From IMG/VR virus record IMGVR_UViG_3300031133_000426: DNA of 64,000 nucleotides, one strand, 5' to 3'. Origin of the DNA: a virus. Positions 1-9,205 of this stretch are shown one piece after another; position 1 is the first letter of the stretch; every line of letters starts with the position of its first letter. The notes beneath the pieces were generated by a model. The model made no database searches and was not told the origin of the DNA. It worked only from the letters and a program-made list of their open reading frames with translations. A program made the translations under genes and the position numbers.

Positions 1-334
1 CCAATTCAATGCCGACATAGCTCTCAAAAGTCGCCTTTACGTTTCAGGTTTTTGTTTGTCAGGCTTATTGAAAGATATTCGTATGGGCAAGCATCCTGAT
101 GCTCGCGTACTTGTTCATTATGAAAATAGTATTCCAGTTGCAGTTGCTGTTCACAGCCCTTCTCAACATTATCAAGTTCAAATTTTTGTCCGTAAGTCTT
201 TTCGCAATCGTGGTATCGGTTCAAAAATTCTTGCGGAACTAGACGCTCCACAAAATTCATGTGTTGGACAGGGTTCTGCATATAGCTCTAGTTTTTGGTA
301 CAAAAACAAATTTCATAACGCTAGTCGTTGGTAG
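1..334 (+). CDS. GNAT-family acetyltransferase, 5'-truncated by window edge
   Basis: QIFVRKSFRNRGIGSKI matches the GNAT acetyl-CoA motif (R/Q-x-x-G-x-G); frame is open back to base 2; paralog of 38694-39047. Confidence 0.7.
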   Translation, partial: QFNADIALKSRLYVSGFCLSGLLKDIRMGKHPDARVLVHYENSIPVAVAVHSPSQHYQVQIFVRKSFRNRGIGSKILAELDAPQNSCVGQGSAYSSSFWYKNKFHNASRW

Positions 335-344
335 GAGTTAAAAA

Positions 345-542
345 ATGCGTAACATACAAATCATTGGTGTCTCAACTCATATTCCTGTTGTTTTGGCGTC
401 CAAACTTCGGCGTTATGCTAATAGCATGATTGTTCTCACCTGTAATCCAGAAGTTGATTATCCGTTTTCTGTTGGTGAACCTTTGAACAATAAAAACCTT
501 TCTTATCAAAAATTTACCAGACCATTTGGTTATAAACGTTGA
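345..542 (+). CDS. hypothetical protein
   Basis: SD AGGAG directly upstream; followed by terminator-like region. Confidence 0.6.
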   Translation: MRNIQIIGVSTHIPVVLASKLRRYANSMIVLTCNPEVDYPFSVGEPLNNKNLSYQKFTRPFGYKR

Positions 543-777
543 TTTATTTTACATGATTTAGAAAAAAAGCCTTAACTTGCAGCAAATTATTTTTGTTTTT
601 AAAAAAAAATATAGTTCATATTACGCCAGAATTTAAGATGTCTCATTGGCCGTTTGGGTTTTGCGACCATGTAAGCAATAGACTTCGGATTATTTTTACC
701 CAAAAAACACAAGCTTGATCTAATCAGTAATTTTTGGTATACTCTACATTCGATTTCAATCAAGTGTAGATTTTTTT

Positions 778-1887
778 ATGGGTACTAAGCCTTTTACTGC
801 TGAGCAAGTTATTGCTGGCTTTACACAAGTTCATGGCAATATTTATGACTATTCTTCTATGGAATATGTTAATGCTTTGACTCATATTAATATCATTTGT
901 TCAAAGCATGGTATATTTCGTCAAACTCCAAAAAACCATGTAAAAGGCAATGGTTGTCGGCAATGTTTTTTTGATAAAAATAAATCTTCTTTTTCTACTG
1001 TTATTGAGAAGTTCGTCGCTGTTCATGGTGATACTTATTCTTATAACAATGTGATCTATGTCAATACAAATACAAAAGTATTGATTACTTGCCCACATCA
1101 TGGAGACTTTGCTCAAAAACCATCTCAACATCTTGTAGGTTATGGATGTCCATTATGTAAATTTAATAATATTCGACTTAATCAAGTTGATGTAATTAAT
1201 CGCTTTAAAAAAATTCATGCTGATACTTATGATTATTCAAAATCTATTTATATTAGTTCAAAAATAAAATTAACTATTATTTGTCATGTTCATGGAGAAT
1301 TCCAACAAACCCCATCACAGCATCTGAGAGGGGCTGGTTGTTTCAAATGTGGACGTTCTACCTGTACCACTGATGAATCTGATGTTATATCTCGATTTCA
1401 AAAGATTCATGGTAATCGTTATGATTATTCTAATCTTTCATATATCAATAGTCTTCATAAGGTTAATATTATTTGTTATAAACATGGAGACTTTAAACAA
1501 AGTATCAGTTGCCATTCAAGTGGAAAGGGATGTCCTAAATGTTCCTCATCTAAAGGTGAGAACAAGATTAGATTGTTTTTAGATAGCAATGATATTTCGT
1601 ATATTGAACAACATCCTATTTGCAAGAATCCTGAAACAAATTACAATCTTCGTGTTGATTTTTATTTGCCTGCTTTTAATACTGTCATTGAATATGATGG
1701 TATGCAGCATTTTAAAGCCGTTGACTGTTTTGGAGGACAGGAAGGTTTTAAAAATGTAGTAAAAAGAGATGCTATTAAAAATATGTTTTGTCAAGAAAAT
1801 AAAGTAGATATGTTGCGTATTTCATACAAGAATTATAAAAATATCGATACTGTTTTAAATGATTTCTTAGCAAATCTTGTTGACTGA
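778..1887 (+). CDS. free-standing homing-type endonuclease: 4 Zn-binding repeats plus C-terminal Vsr/DUF559-like PD-(D/E)XK nuclease
   Basis: Four ~60-aa repeats HGxxYDYS...ICxxHGxFxQxxxxHxxGxGCxxC, then SSKGE...RVDFYLP...IEYDGxQH. Confidence 0.8.
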   Translation: MGTKPFTAEQVIAGFTQVHGNIYDYSSMEYVNALTHINIICSKHGIFRQTPKNHVKGNGCRQCFFDKNKSSFSTVIEKFVAVHGDTYSYNNVIYVNTNTKVLITCPHHGDFAQKPSQHLVGYGCPLCKFNNIRLNQVDVINRFKKIHADTYDYSKSIYISSKIKLTIICHVHGEFQQTPSQHLRGAGCFKCGRSTCTTDESDVISRFQKIHGNRYDYSNLSYINSLHKVNIICYKHGDFKQSISCHSSGKGCPKCSSSKGENKIRLFLDSNDISYIEQHPICKNPETNYNLRVDFYLPAFNTVIEYDGMQHFKAVDCFGGQEGFKNVVKRDAIKNMFCQENKVDMLRISYKNYKNIDTVLNDFLANLVD

Positions 1888-1939
1888 CCAAGAATGTATT
1901 TGAAATCATTTCCAACGATTCACCTTTTGAAATCAATTG

Positions 1940-1976
1940 GAGACTTGGAAGCCTCGTCCTTCAGGGCGAGGTTTTT
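1940..1976 (+). terminator. hairpin + T-run resembling an IS200/IS605 (TnpB) right-end sequence
   Basis: GAGACTTGGAAG-CCTCGTCC-TTCA-GGGCGAGG-TTTTT; resemblance to IS605 ends is from memory of the family; no tnpA/tnpB present. Confidence 0.5.
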
Positions 1977-2131
1977 AACTGTAGTGTACCACAGGCATTT
2001 CATTGCTCCTTTGCTATGACAGCAAGATAAGTCATCAATGCCGGTATAACAGTAATCCTAAAATTAGATAACAAAAAACCCCACCGAAGTGAGGTCTTTT
2101 TATTTTTAACTGTGTAACACATCAATAACGA

Positions 2132-2542
2132 TCAACGAAAAAATTTGTCATACACTGCTTTCAAACTAACATACACTTTTGAATACTCGTAGTAATTGAA
2201 GTAGTAATCTGGTTCTTCATTAAAGCTATGTACCTGAACCATATCCTTTACTTCTGAACTATCAACGTCATCACGACCTAGACTTCTCAACAATCCCAAT
2301 ACTTCTGGGATAATATCTTGTTCACATTCACTGTCTACGGGGCTGTTTAAGTGCTCATAGCAATTATTACCACAGTTACCACCAGAAACCCAAACCTTTT
2401 CAATTACAGCAGTTTCTAGTACCTTTTCATCTAGATCTTCAATACATTTATCTGTTAATGAATAATCACGGGAATTTAAAACATCCACTGATACATTTGC
2501 AAACACAATTGCTTTTTTTACAAAATCTTTGAACTCAATCAT
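2132..2542 (-). CDS. hypothetical protein
   Basis: SD AAGGAG upstream on - strand; bidirectional terminator at ~2073-2105. Confidence 0.7.
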   Translation of the reverse strand: MIEFKDFVKKAIVFANVSVDVLNSRDYSLTDKCIEDLDEKVLETAVIEKVWVSGGNCGNNCYEHLNSPVDSECEQDIIPEVLGLLRSLGRDDVDSSEVKDMVQVHSFNEEPDYYFNYYEYSKVYVSLKAVYDKFFR

Positions 2543-2868
2543 AATTTTTCTCCTTATATAATCGCACTAGATTTATAGAATATTATTATATATTGTTATT
2601 CATCAATTCATTTTAGGATAGCCTATCCTATTTAATTGGACTAATTATATCAAATTTTTTTACATAGAGCAAGGTTATGTTTTATTTTTTTCGACTTTGA
2701 TTCGTTCAAAATCAACTGTAACGGCCCAAGGTTAAACCACCAGAATATTCTACCTTACGGACTAATTTTTCATTAAAAGACTCATTGTATTTTTGGTTGA
2801 CAGAAAATATCTTTTTTGCTATTATGGTCCCATCAAAACGCAGCAGCTAACCTTTTTTGGGCAACATC

Positions 2869-3014
2869 ATGATCCAAGTTACCACTCCATAACGTGCTAT
2901 TATTCGCAACAGAAACAGTAGTCAACTGAGGCTACTATTTCTGTTAAAGAGATTTTAAACGTTCCAGATGCTGAAAAGGTTTATCAAGTTGCTGCAGTTC
3001 TGCTGCAATTGTAA
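2869..3014 (+). pseudogene. decayed copy of the MTQVT family (30361, 56142)
   Basis: ATGATCCAAGTTACCACTCCA-TAA-CGTGCTATTATTCGCAAC aligns to ATGACCCAAGTTACCGCTCTC-GAA-CGTGCTGTTATCCGCAAC; later frameshift restores VKEI..P...QV.AV.L; CATCAAAACG-type promoter upstream. Confidence 0.75.
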
Positions 3015-3095
3015 TAATCAGGGAAACAATAAAAACACTACCTGCCTATTGAATACCTTGCTATTTATAATCTATTCTCTGACAGGAAATTAAGT

Positions 3096-3245
3096 ATGTT
3101 TAAAACGAAACGCATGTTGCTGATTTATCTTGCATTGGCTTTTACTGGTGGCGGAGATCATAGTCAGCATCATGACCGACATCCCTCTCAATCAAAAGTA
3201 AGACGTTGGAGCTTGCTACAATCCAAATGTTTCAAGCACCTATAA
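3096..3245 (+). CDS. small ORF (49 aa) with hydrophobic N-terminus
   Basis: AGGA SD; MFKTKRMLLIYLALAFTGGGDHSQHHDRH...; below ORF-track cutoff. Confidence 0.35.
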   Translation: MFKTKRMLLIYLALAFTGGGDHSQHHDRHPSQSKVRRWSLLQSKCFKHL

Positions 3246-3374
3246 GATTTATTAAGCATCGCTTTATTTCATGACTTTAATAATAAAGCTTGATCGAAAA
3301 CCTTAAATTTGATATAGTAGTGACAGACAAAGGACATTTCAGAAAGGATTCACTCAATCACCCGAGGATCTATC

Positions 3375-3671
3375 ATGAATACTGCAACGGCGTCTAGTGG
3401 TCATTTGTTGTTTGTTGATGGTTCTATTGCTGATGGCACTTTCGAGTGTGATCCTGAACAACTCACTGTTTTGAATGCGGCTATCACAACCTTCTCATCT
3501 TTGGTCAACAAGCATTCTTTGATTGAGAAAAAGAAACCTTTTTCTGGTGAGGTTTCCTTGATTGAATTACTGTCACTTATCCAAGCTGATTATGACATTA
3601 CTACTCCACTTTTGAAAAGTATGTCTGATTGTTTGTTGCATGTTCATCGCAATAGCGTTACTGTTCATTAA
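3375..3671 (+). CDS. hypothetical protein
   Basis: Promoter, GAGGA SD and terminator AAAAGGTAGC-CTAA-GCTACCTTTT. Confidence 0.7.
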   Translation: MNTATASSGHLLFVDGSIADGTFECDPEQLTVLNAAITTFSSLVNKHSLIEKKKPFSGEVSLIELLSLIQADYDITTPLLKSMSDCLLHVHRNSVTVH

Positions 3672-3715
3672 TACACGTTTTAATTAAAAGAAAAGGTAGC
3701 CTAAGCTACCTTTTT

Positions 3716-4423
3716 TCATAATGGCCTTCTGCAAATTTGATGATATGTTGTTGTCTTAGTCGAATTCATTGCACTTGGTTGTTTTGTATATTCATAGTTG
3801 TCATAATTATAAGTTGTATTGAATGTTTTTAATGAGCCAATTTTAGTTCCTTTCCACCATACCTCAACAGTATTACTATTGCTTACTACCCAAGCAGACA
3901 TTGTGGTGGGTGTTCCGTAAATATAGCTGCACTCTTTTGTGCCTAGAGATTGTCTTGTCGCCGTTGCAACAGCCAAATCCCTTGTCTCAGTCTGCACACT
4001 ACCCACACTTCTATAGGCTAGCGTGCTTTTTTCTTGCTCTCTTTCTTGCTTGGTTCTACTTTGTTCTTGCATACAGTTACTGCCTTCTTGTATAAAATCC
4101 TTATTTACAGAAATCGTATCAGCCGATGGTGTCCACGTATTACATGTTGCAGCCTTATTAGTATTTGTCCATTCTGAGTAAATGGGTGTTGAAGCAGCCC
4201 ATTCTTCTTTAACCACAGGTACTTCTGGCACACTTGGCGTTTCTGGTACGGGGGTCGGGGTTGGTGTCGGGGTCGGTGTCGGGGTCGGTGCGGTTTTTAT
4301 AATGATACTTTCATTACTCATCAAACCACCAGTAGTTCTGGTGAGTGGTAAATTTATAGTATAATCGGCCATCACAAAATTTGTCATTAAAATACTGGTT
4401 ATAATTACTAGTTTATTTTTCAT
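3716..4423 (-). CDS. exported protein with Pro-Thr linker; paralog of 4616-5275
   Basis: Signal-peptide-like MKNKLVIITSILMTNFVMA; (PT)n run; conserved CxxWTP...C.QEQSRTKQEREQE core; start moved from 4468 by comparison with the paralog. Confidence 0.75.
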   Translation of the reverse strand: MKNKLVIITSILMTNFVMADYTINLPLTRTTGGLMSNESIIIKTAPTPTPTPTPTPTPVPETPSVPEVPVVKEEWAASTPIYSEWTNTNKAATCNTWTPSADTISVNKDFIQEGSNCMQEQSRTKQEREQEKSTLAYRSVGSVQTETRDLAVATATRQSLGTKECSYIYGTPTTMSAWVVSNSNTVEVWWKGTKIGSLKTFNTTYNYDNYEYTKQPSAMNSTKTTTYHQICRRPL

Positions 4424-4615
4424 TTTGGTCATATTTTTTGTTATTATAATACTAAATATATCATTCAAATATTATAATACAAGTATATATAGAGTATTAA
4501 TTTGTTAATGAGACTTCATTTCATTGCTCCTTGAAATCAATTATATATAAGCAACATCTTCCATCTGATTGGTGTTTTATTGATAATAATGCTTTATCAT
4601 TAATGAACCACTAGT

Positions 4616-5275
4616 TTATAATATTTGTCTACAAACCTTATAGTAACTATGTGTTTTGGTAGAGTCTCTTCTACTTGCTTGCTTGTCGTATATATATCCA
4701 TTATATTTGTAAGTAATGCTTAGACCTTTAAATGATCCAATTTGTGAACCTTTCCACCATACCGCAACAGCATTATCAGGCCCCACTACCCAAGCAGACA
4801 ATACAGTGGATGTTCCATACACATAGCTACATTCTTTTGTTCCAATTGATTCTCTCGTAGCACTGGCTATATTTATATTTTTTACTTCGATTTGTACGCT
4901 TCCGATGTTCCTATATGCCAAAGTATTTTTTTCTTGTTCTCTTTCTTGTTTGGTTCTACTTTGTTCTTGTATACACGTACTGCCTTGTTGCGTGAATTCT
5001 TTATCTCCTTCTACTGAGTTCGTTGTTGGTGTCCATGTATCACAAGTTGGCACTTTGTTTGTGTTTGTCCATTCTGAGTAAATGGGTGTTGCAGCAGCCC
5101 ATTCTTCTTTAACCACAGGTAATTCTGGCACGGTTGTCGTTTTGGTTTTTATAATGATACTTTCATTACTCATCAAACCACCAGTAGTTCGGGTAAGTGG
5201 TAAATTTATGCTATAATCGGCCATAACTAAATTTGTTGCTAAAAAACTAGTTAGAATAATTAATCTATTTTTCAT
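4616..5275 (-). CDS. exported protein; paralog of 3716-4423
   Basis: MKNRLIILTSFLATNLVMA signal-like N-terminus; near-identical core to neighbour, lacks the PT run. Confidence 0.75.
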   Translation of the reverse strand: MKNRLIILTSFLATNLVMADYSINLPLTRTTGGLMSNESIIIKTKTTTVPELPVVKEEWAAATPIYSEWTNTNKVPTCDTWTPTTNSVEGDKEFTQQGSTCIQEQSRTKQEREQEKNTLAYRNIGSVQIEVKNINIASATRESIGTKECSYVYGTSTVLSAWVVGPDNAVAVWWKGSQIGSFKGLSITYKYNGYIYDKQASRRDSTKTHSYYKVCRQIL

Positions 5276-5396
5276 TTTATTAATATTTTTGTTATTGTAT
5301 TACTAAATATAACATTTAAGTATTATAATACAAGAACATAAATTTTTATATTGCTTTAAATAATGCTTACTGTTATTATCCATCTTTCATCGGAGA

Positions 5397-5621
5397 TTGT
5401 GTATGGCCTTATTATTCCAAATAACAGAAGATGATATACAACGTGTTTTTAAAAAAAATTGTACACGTCCGATAGACGACAATTTATTGATCGATATTAT
5501 GAGATCTTTAGATTATGATCACATTGCCAAAGCAATTGCATGTATGGATACTTTTGAAGATCAAACTATTAGTGCCTATGCAGAAATTGAGCTTCAACTT
5601 CAAGAACTTGGTTTTATTTGA
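5397..5621 (+). CDS. hypothetical protein
   Basis: GGAG SD and own promoter. Confidence 0.6.
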   Translation: MCMALLFQITEDDIQRVFKKNCTRPIDDNLLIDIMRSLDYDHIAKAIACMDTFEDQTISAYAEIELQLQELGFI

Positions 5622-5786
5622 GGCGTATTATGAAAACTTATTATGATATTTTTCATAAATTGTTGACTTATTCCCTTGCCTTGAAAACGGTATTTTGATA
5701 TAATAGCCTATCAATTTCAAGGGTGATTCCATGAGTAGGAACGATACTCAGTGGATTAATGTACTGGCTTGCAAGGCGTAATATAC

Positions 5787-6230
5787 ATGAACTTAAACGA
5801 TCAATCTTTGATTAACCTGCACTTAGATGTCGATGAAACCTATGAAAAATGGCTTCCTGACTTTGGAATTGATAACTTTGTAAAAACTGAGTTTACATGT
5901 GGTGCTTGTTATTCTTTGGCATTGGCTTTGCATCATCATACCAATTGGCCCATCATGGCATCTTTGGATGGAGACGATATTGTTCATTGTTATGTCATTA
6001 ATCCATCAGGCAAAGCAGTTGATATTTATGGTGTTCGCTCTACAGACAAAGCTCCTACTCGTTATGATCCTGATCATGATTGTTTCAAATATAAAACTTT
6101 GACAATGCCAGCCGATTCAAAGGTTGACCCAGATGATTCTTATTATCAATGGGCTGTTCAACTAATCGCTTTGTTTCCTGACCATTTCGGATTATTTGAT
6201 AACTTGTCCTTAATTGATAAAACAGTATAA
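5787..6230 (+). CDS. putative papain/transglutaminase-like fold protein (Cys-His-Asp)
   Basis: CGAC.SLA.ALH ... VHCYV ... AVDIYG spacing. Confidence 0.45.
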   Translation: MNLNDQSLINLHLDVDETYEKWLPDFGIDNFVKTEFTCGACYSLALALHHHTNWPIMASLDGDDIVHCYVINPSGKAVDIYGVRSTDKAPTRYDPDHDCFKYKTLTMPADSKVDPDDSYYQWAVQLIALFPDHFGLFDNLSLIDKTV

Positions 6231-6339
6231 AAGCGAGGAAGTTTACACATTGAAACTTAAAATGTGAAAAAATTTAGCCTATTTCAAAAATCTGTGCTAT
6301 AATAGCTCTACCAAAATTCAAGTTTTAAGGAGTCTTCAC

Positions 6340-6567
6340 ATGTGTAGTACACAAGATGCTGTCGGATTTCTGCCTTGCCCCTTTTGTGGTGGAACCAAAA
6401 TTTACATGGAAACATGGAGTCATCAGAAAGGCGAGTGGTATGGTAAGGTAACTAATGAATGCTGTGGCTACACTTTTATTGTCTTGAATGTTGCTGGCTC
6501 GACCAAGAAAGAAATCGTAGAATTTTACAAAAGACGGTGGAATAAAAGACCAGAAAAAACAGGCTAG
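6340..6567 (+). CDS. Lar-like restriction-alleviation / Zn-ribbon protein
   Basis: LPCPFCGG ... CC ... RRWNKRP, typical of the Lar family. Confidence 0.55.
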   Translation: MCSTQDAVGFLPCPFCGGTKIYMETWSHQKGEWYGKVTNECCGYTFIVLNVAGSTKKEIVEFYKRRWNKRPEKTG

Positions 6568-6678
6568 TTGGTTTGATGCTTAATGGAGTTTTTAAACCAA
6601 CCTTTGGCGTCGATTATTGTTTTATTGATATTTTTTAAAAAATGTATTATAATAGCCTGAATTCAAGGAGACAGAACT

Positions 6679-7821
6679 ATGTCCAATTATCAAACCCAGC
6701 TTTTTTCTGACCTCATGAACCTGTTGGTGACAAATCCGGGTTCTTTCAAATACAAAGACTTTCCAGCCGATGAAGGTGCTGTATTTCGTATTTTTAATTA
6801 CGATCTTCCTAAATACACTGAATTTCAACAGCCCGGTGCCATGGATTGCCGTGGGGCCATGTTTTATATCAAAGGTGAAGTCGTCAAACTGGTAGCTCTT
6901 CCTATGAAGAAGTTTTTTTCTTTGGGTGAAACGCCAGAAACGCTAAAAATTGACCATACCAAAGCCAAATTTGCCTATATGAAGGAAGATGGTTCTTTGC
7001 TAACAAGCTATATCTCCCCTGTGGATGATAGTTTTAAATTCAAAAGCAAAAACATGCCAACTTATCTTGATTATGGTTTGGTTGAAAAATCTATCTCGCC
7101 TGAACTTTTGGCTGAATTTGAAAACCTGACTCGATCTGGTTTTTCTATTGATGTTGAATTGACCACTCCACATAACCGCGTCTTTGTGGAATATGAAAAC
7201 CATTCTGTTCACGTTCTCAAAGTTCGCAGCCTTTCTTCTGGTGACTATCTGGATATTCGTTCTCCATCCTTTGCGAGTCAGTATCCAGTTATTGCTCAAC
7301 ATCTTGTCAAGCAAATTACCATTTCAGATATCAATCTTGATGGTAAATCTGCAGATGGTAAACTGATTGAAGGTTATGTTGTTGAAATGGACGATAACCA
7401 TTCAATGTATAAGGTCAAGACGATTCCTTACCTCAAAATGTCGGCAGTGGTCAATATTCAAGATCGCAGTAAAGAACGGGAAAATATCTACAAGGCTACC
7501 CTGCATGAAATCCTTGATGAAATTCGTTCTCTCTATCATTATCGCAATCATAGTCCCAACTTCCCTATCGTCGAAATTCTGGCACGTTTGGATGAAGTTG
7601 AAGAATACGCCAAAAAAAGCTACCACTACATGGTAAAAACGGTTGACCAGTTCTATACCGAAAACAAAGATCTCAGTCAGGGTGATTATGCTCGGAAAGC
7701 AAAAGCAGAAGTGCCACTTCTTCTACCTGTCCTGATGGAACTTTACGCTGGTCGCCCAGTTGATTACAAAGAAGCTGCAATCAAGATCTATGCAAAACGC
7801 AAAGTCGATATTCCTGCTTAA
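6679..7821 (+). CDS. rnlA: RNA ligase 1 (T4 RnlA type)
   Basis: Motif I KEDGSL, III ELTTPHNR, IV IEGYVV, V YKVK; upstream DCRGAMF and KKFFSLGE. Confidence 0.92.
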   Translation: MSNYQTQLFSDLMNLLVTNPGSFKYKDFPADEGAVFRIFNYDLPKYTEFQQPGAMDCRGAMFYIKGEVVKLVALPMKKFFSLGETPETLKIDHTKAKFAYMKEDGSLLTSYISPVDDSFKFKSKNMPTYLDYGLVEKSISPELLAEFENLTRSGFSIDVELTTPHNRVFVEYENHSVHVLKVRSLSSGDYLDIRSPSFASQYPVIAQHLVKQITISDINLDGKSADGKLIEGYVVEMDDNHSMYKVKTIPYLKMSAVVNIQDRSKERENIYKATLHEILDEIRSLYHYRNHSPNFPIVEILARLDEVEEYAKKSYHYMVKTVDQFYTENKDLSQGDYARKAKAEVPLLLPVLMELYAGRPVDYKEAAIKIYAKRKVDIPA

Positions 7822-7870
7822 TAGCAGGAATTTTTATGATATATTCAATGTTAACATATGAGGTTTTTCC

Positions 7871-8317
7871 ATGTTGAAACTTACGCCTGTAGGTAGTATT
7901 ACAAATAAATTTACATTTAATTATAGTGTTTGTCATACTGGCAATAATGATCGGGATTTCTGGGTGGGATCAGATTCTTTTATTCTTCATGATATTGAAA
8001 ATGAAAATGACCTCAAAGAGTACCTTGAATGTTTCGACATTGTAAAAAATGAAGTTGATCAAGCTCGTTCTGGTCTTGGCATTCCTGCTGAAAATATCGA
8101 TTTTGATAAATATGTAGATTCAGGACAATATGAAAAAGTAGAGTGGACTCACGCAGAAGGTGTTTCTTTCATCAAAAATGGTAAGGAATATTTTATTAAC
8201 ATTGAAGACGACATTGGTATGCCGACCGAAGATGGCCATTTTTTGCAAGGAATTAGGCTTGATTATATCGGTTACTTTGATGAAAACGGCATCGAACATT
8301 ATGTAACCATCGAATAA
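7871..8317 (+). CDS. acidic hypothetical protein
   Basis: GAGG SD; D/E-rich. Confidence 0.7.
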   Translation: MLKLTPVGSITNKFTFNYSVCHTGNNDRDFWVGSDSFILHDIENENDLKEYLECFDIVKNEVDQARSGLGIPAENIDFDKYVDSGQYEKVEWTHAEGVSFIKNGKEYFINIEDDIGMPTEDGHFLQGIRLDYIGYFDENGIEHYVTIE

Positions 8318-8377
8318 AAAGGTTTTACATTTTTGAGTTTTATGATAAGATAGTCCTACTTCTCAGGAGATACAACT

Positions 8378-9109
8378 TTGAAAACTATTACCCCAATGTT
8401 CATGCTTAAATCCGAACTGGCTTTCTTCAAAGCTCTGCCATTTATTTCCTATCTGGAACTCAACCGCAAAGAAGCCAAAACAAAATTTGCTGGGCAGCAA
8501 ATGTTTATGTCTTCTGCTGTCACCTTTGATTTCATGGCTATTTTCAATATTCAGGGTGGTGTTCACCGCAACGAAAAAGGCCACACACGTTTTGATCGTA
8601 GCTTTTCTTTTTGCTTCAACTTCAAAGATGCCAAACCAACCATTCGTGCAGCAACCAAACCGCACAAAGATTCATCGGCGGAATATTCTCGCGAATTTTC
8701 GGTATCCGAAATCAAAGAAAAAATGCAATCTTTGATGGCTTTGGACATTCAAGATAAAGAAGATTTTTTGAAAAGTTTTGTAGAAATCTTTGAAATTGTA
8801 CTCAGCACCACTCTTTCGGAAGGCGAAATCAAAGCTATCAAATCCGCTCGCATGAAAGAGTTTGAAGTGGTGCTGGCAGCATTCAAGAAAACCAATCAGA
8901 CCGTAGATGCTATTCGTGAAAACATGCGAAATAACACATCTGACGAGGCTGTATTTAAAAGCCGCGAACAAATGCGAATTTTGGTGGCACAAGCACAGGA
9001 CTTGATTAAGCAACGTACTTTTTTGCTGAATGATGGAGCTAAAGATATTCCAGCTTATCCGCGTGAGTTGGTTTATACTGAATTGCGTCAACGCAATATC
9101 ATTTCTTAA
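8378..9109 (+). CDS. hypothetical protein
   Basis: AGGAG SD with TTG start; cassette-type codon use; TACG-loop terminator 9128-9147. Confidence 0.75.
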   Translation: MKTITPMFMLKSELAFFKALPFISYLELNRKEAKTKFAGQQMFMSSAVTFDFMAIFNIQGGVHRNEKGHTRFDRSFSFCFNFKDAKPTIRAATKPHKDSSAEYSREFSVSEIKEKMQSLMALDIQDKEDFLKSFVEIFEIVLSTTLSEGEIKAIKSARMKEFEVVLAAFKKTNQTVDAIRENMRNNTSDEAVFKSREQMRILVAQAQDLIKQRTFLLNDGAKDIPAYPRELVYTELRQRNIIS

Positions 9110-9205
9110 ATTCCGAAAATAGATAAAAGAGGCTACGGCCTCTTTTTCTTGTTTGTGAACTATTATTATGTTATCATTTCAAAAAATTATATTTTAGAGG
9201 TATTA

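Noticed and set aside
2869-2900. Stop-codon reassignment (TAA at a Glu position)
   Set aside because: The same remnant is also frameshifted; TAA, TAG and TGA all terminate intact genes and no suppressor tRNA is present.
4249-4292. G-rich tandem repeat as G-quadruplex or array
   Set aside because: It encodes the Pro-Thr linker of the minus-strand gene 3716-4423.
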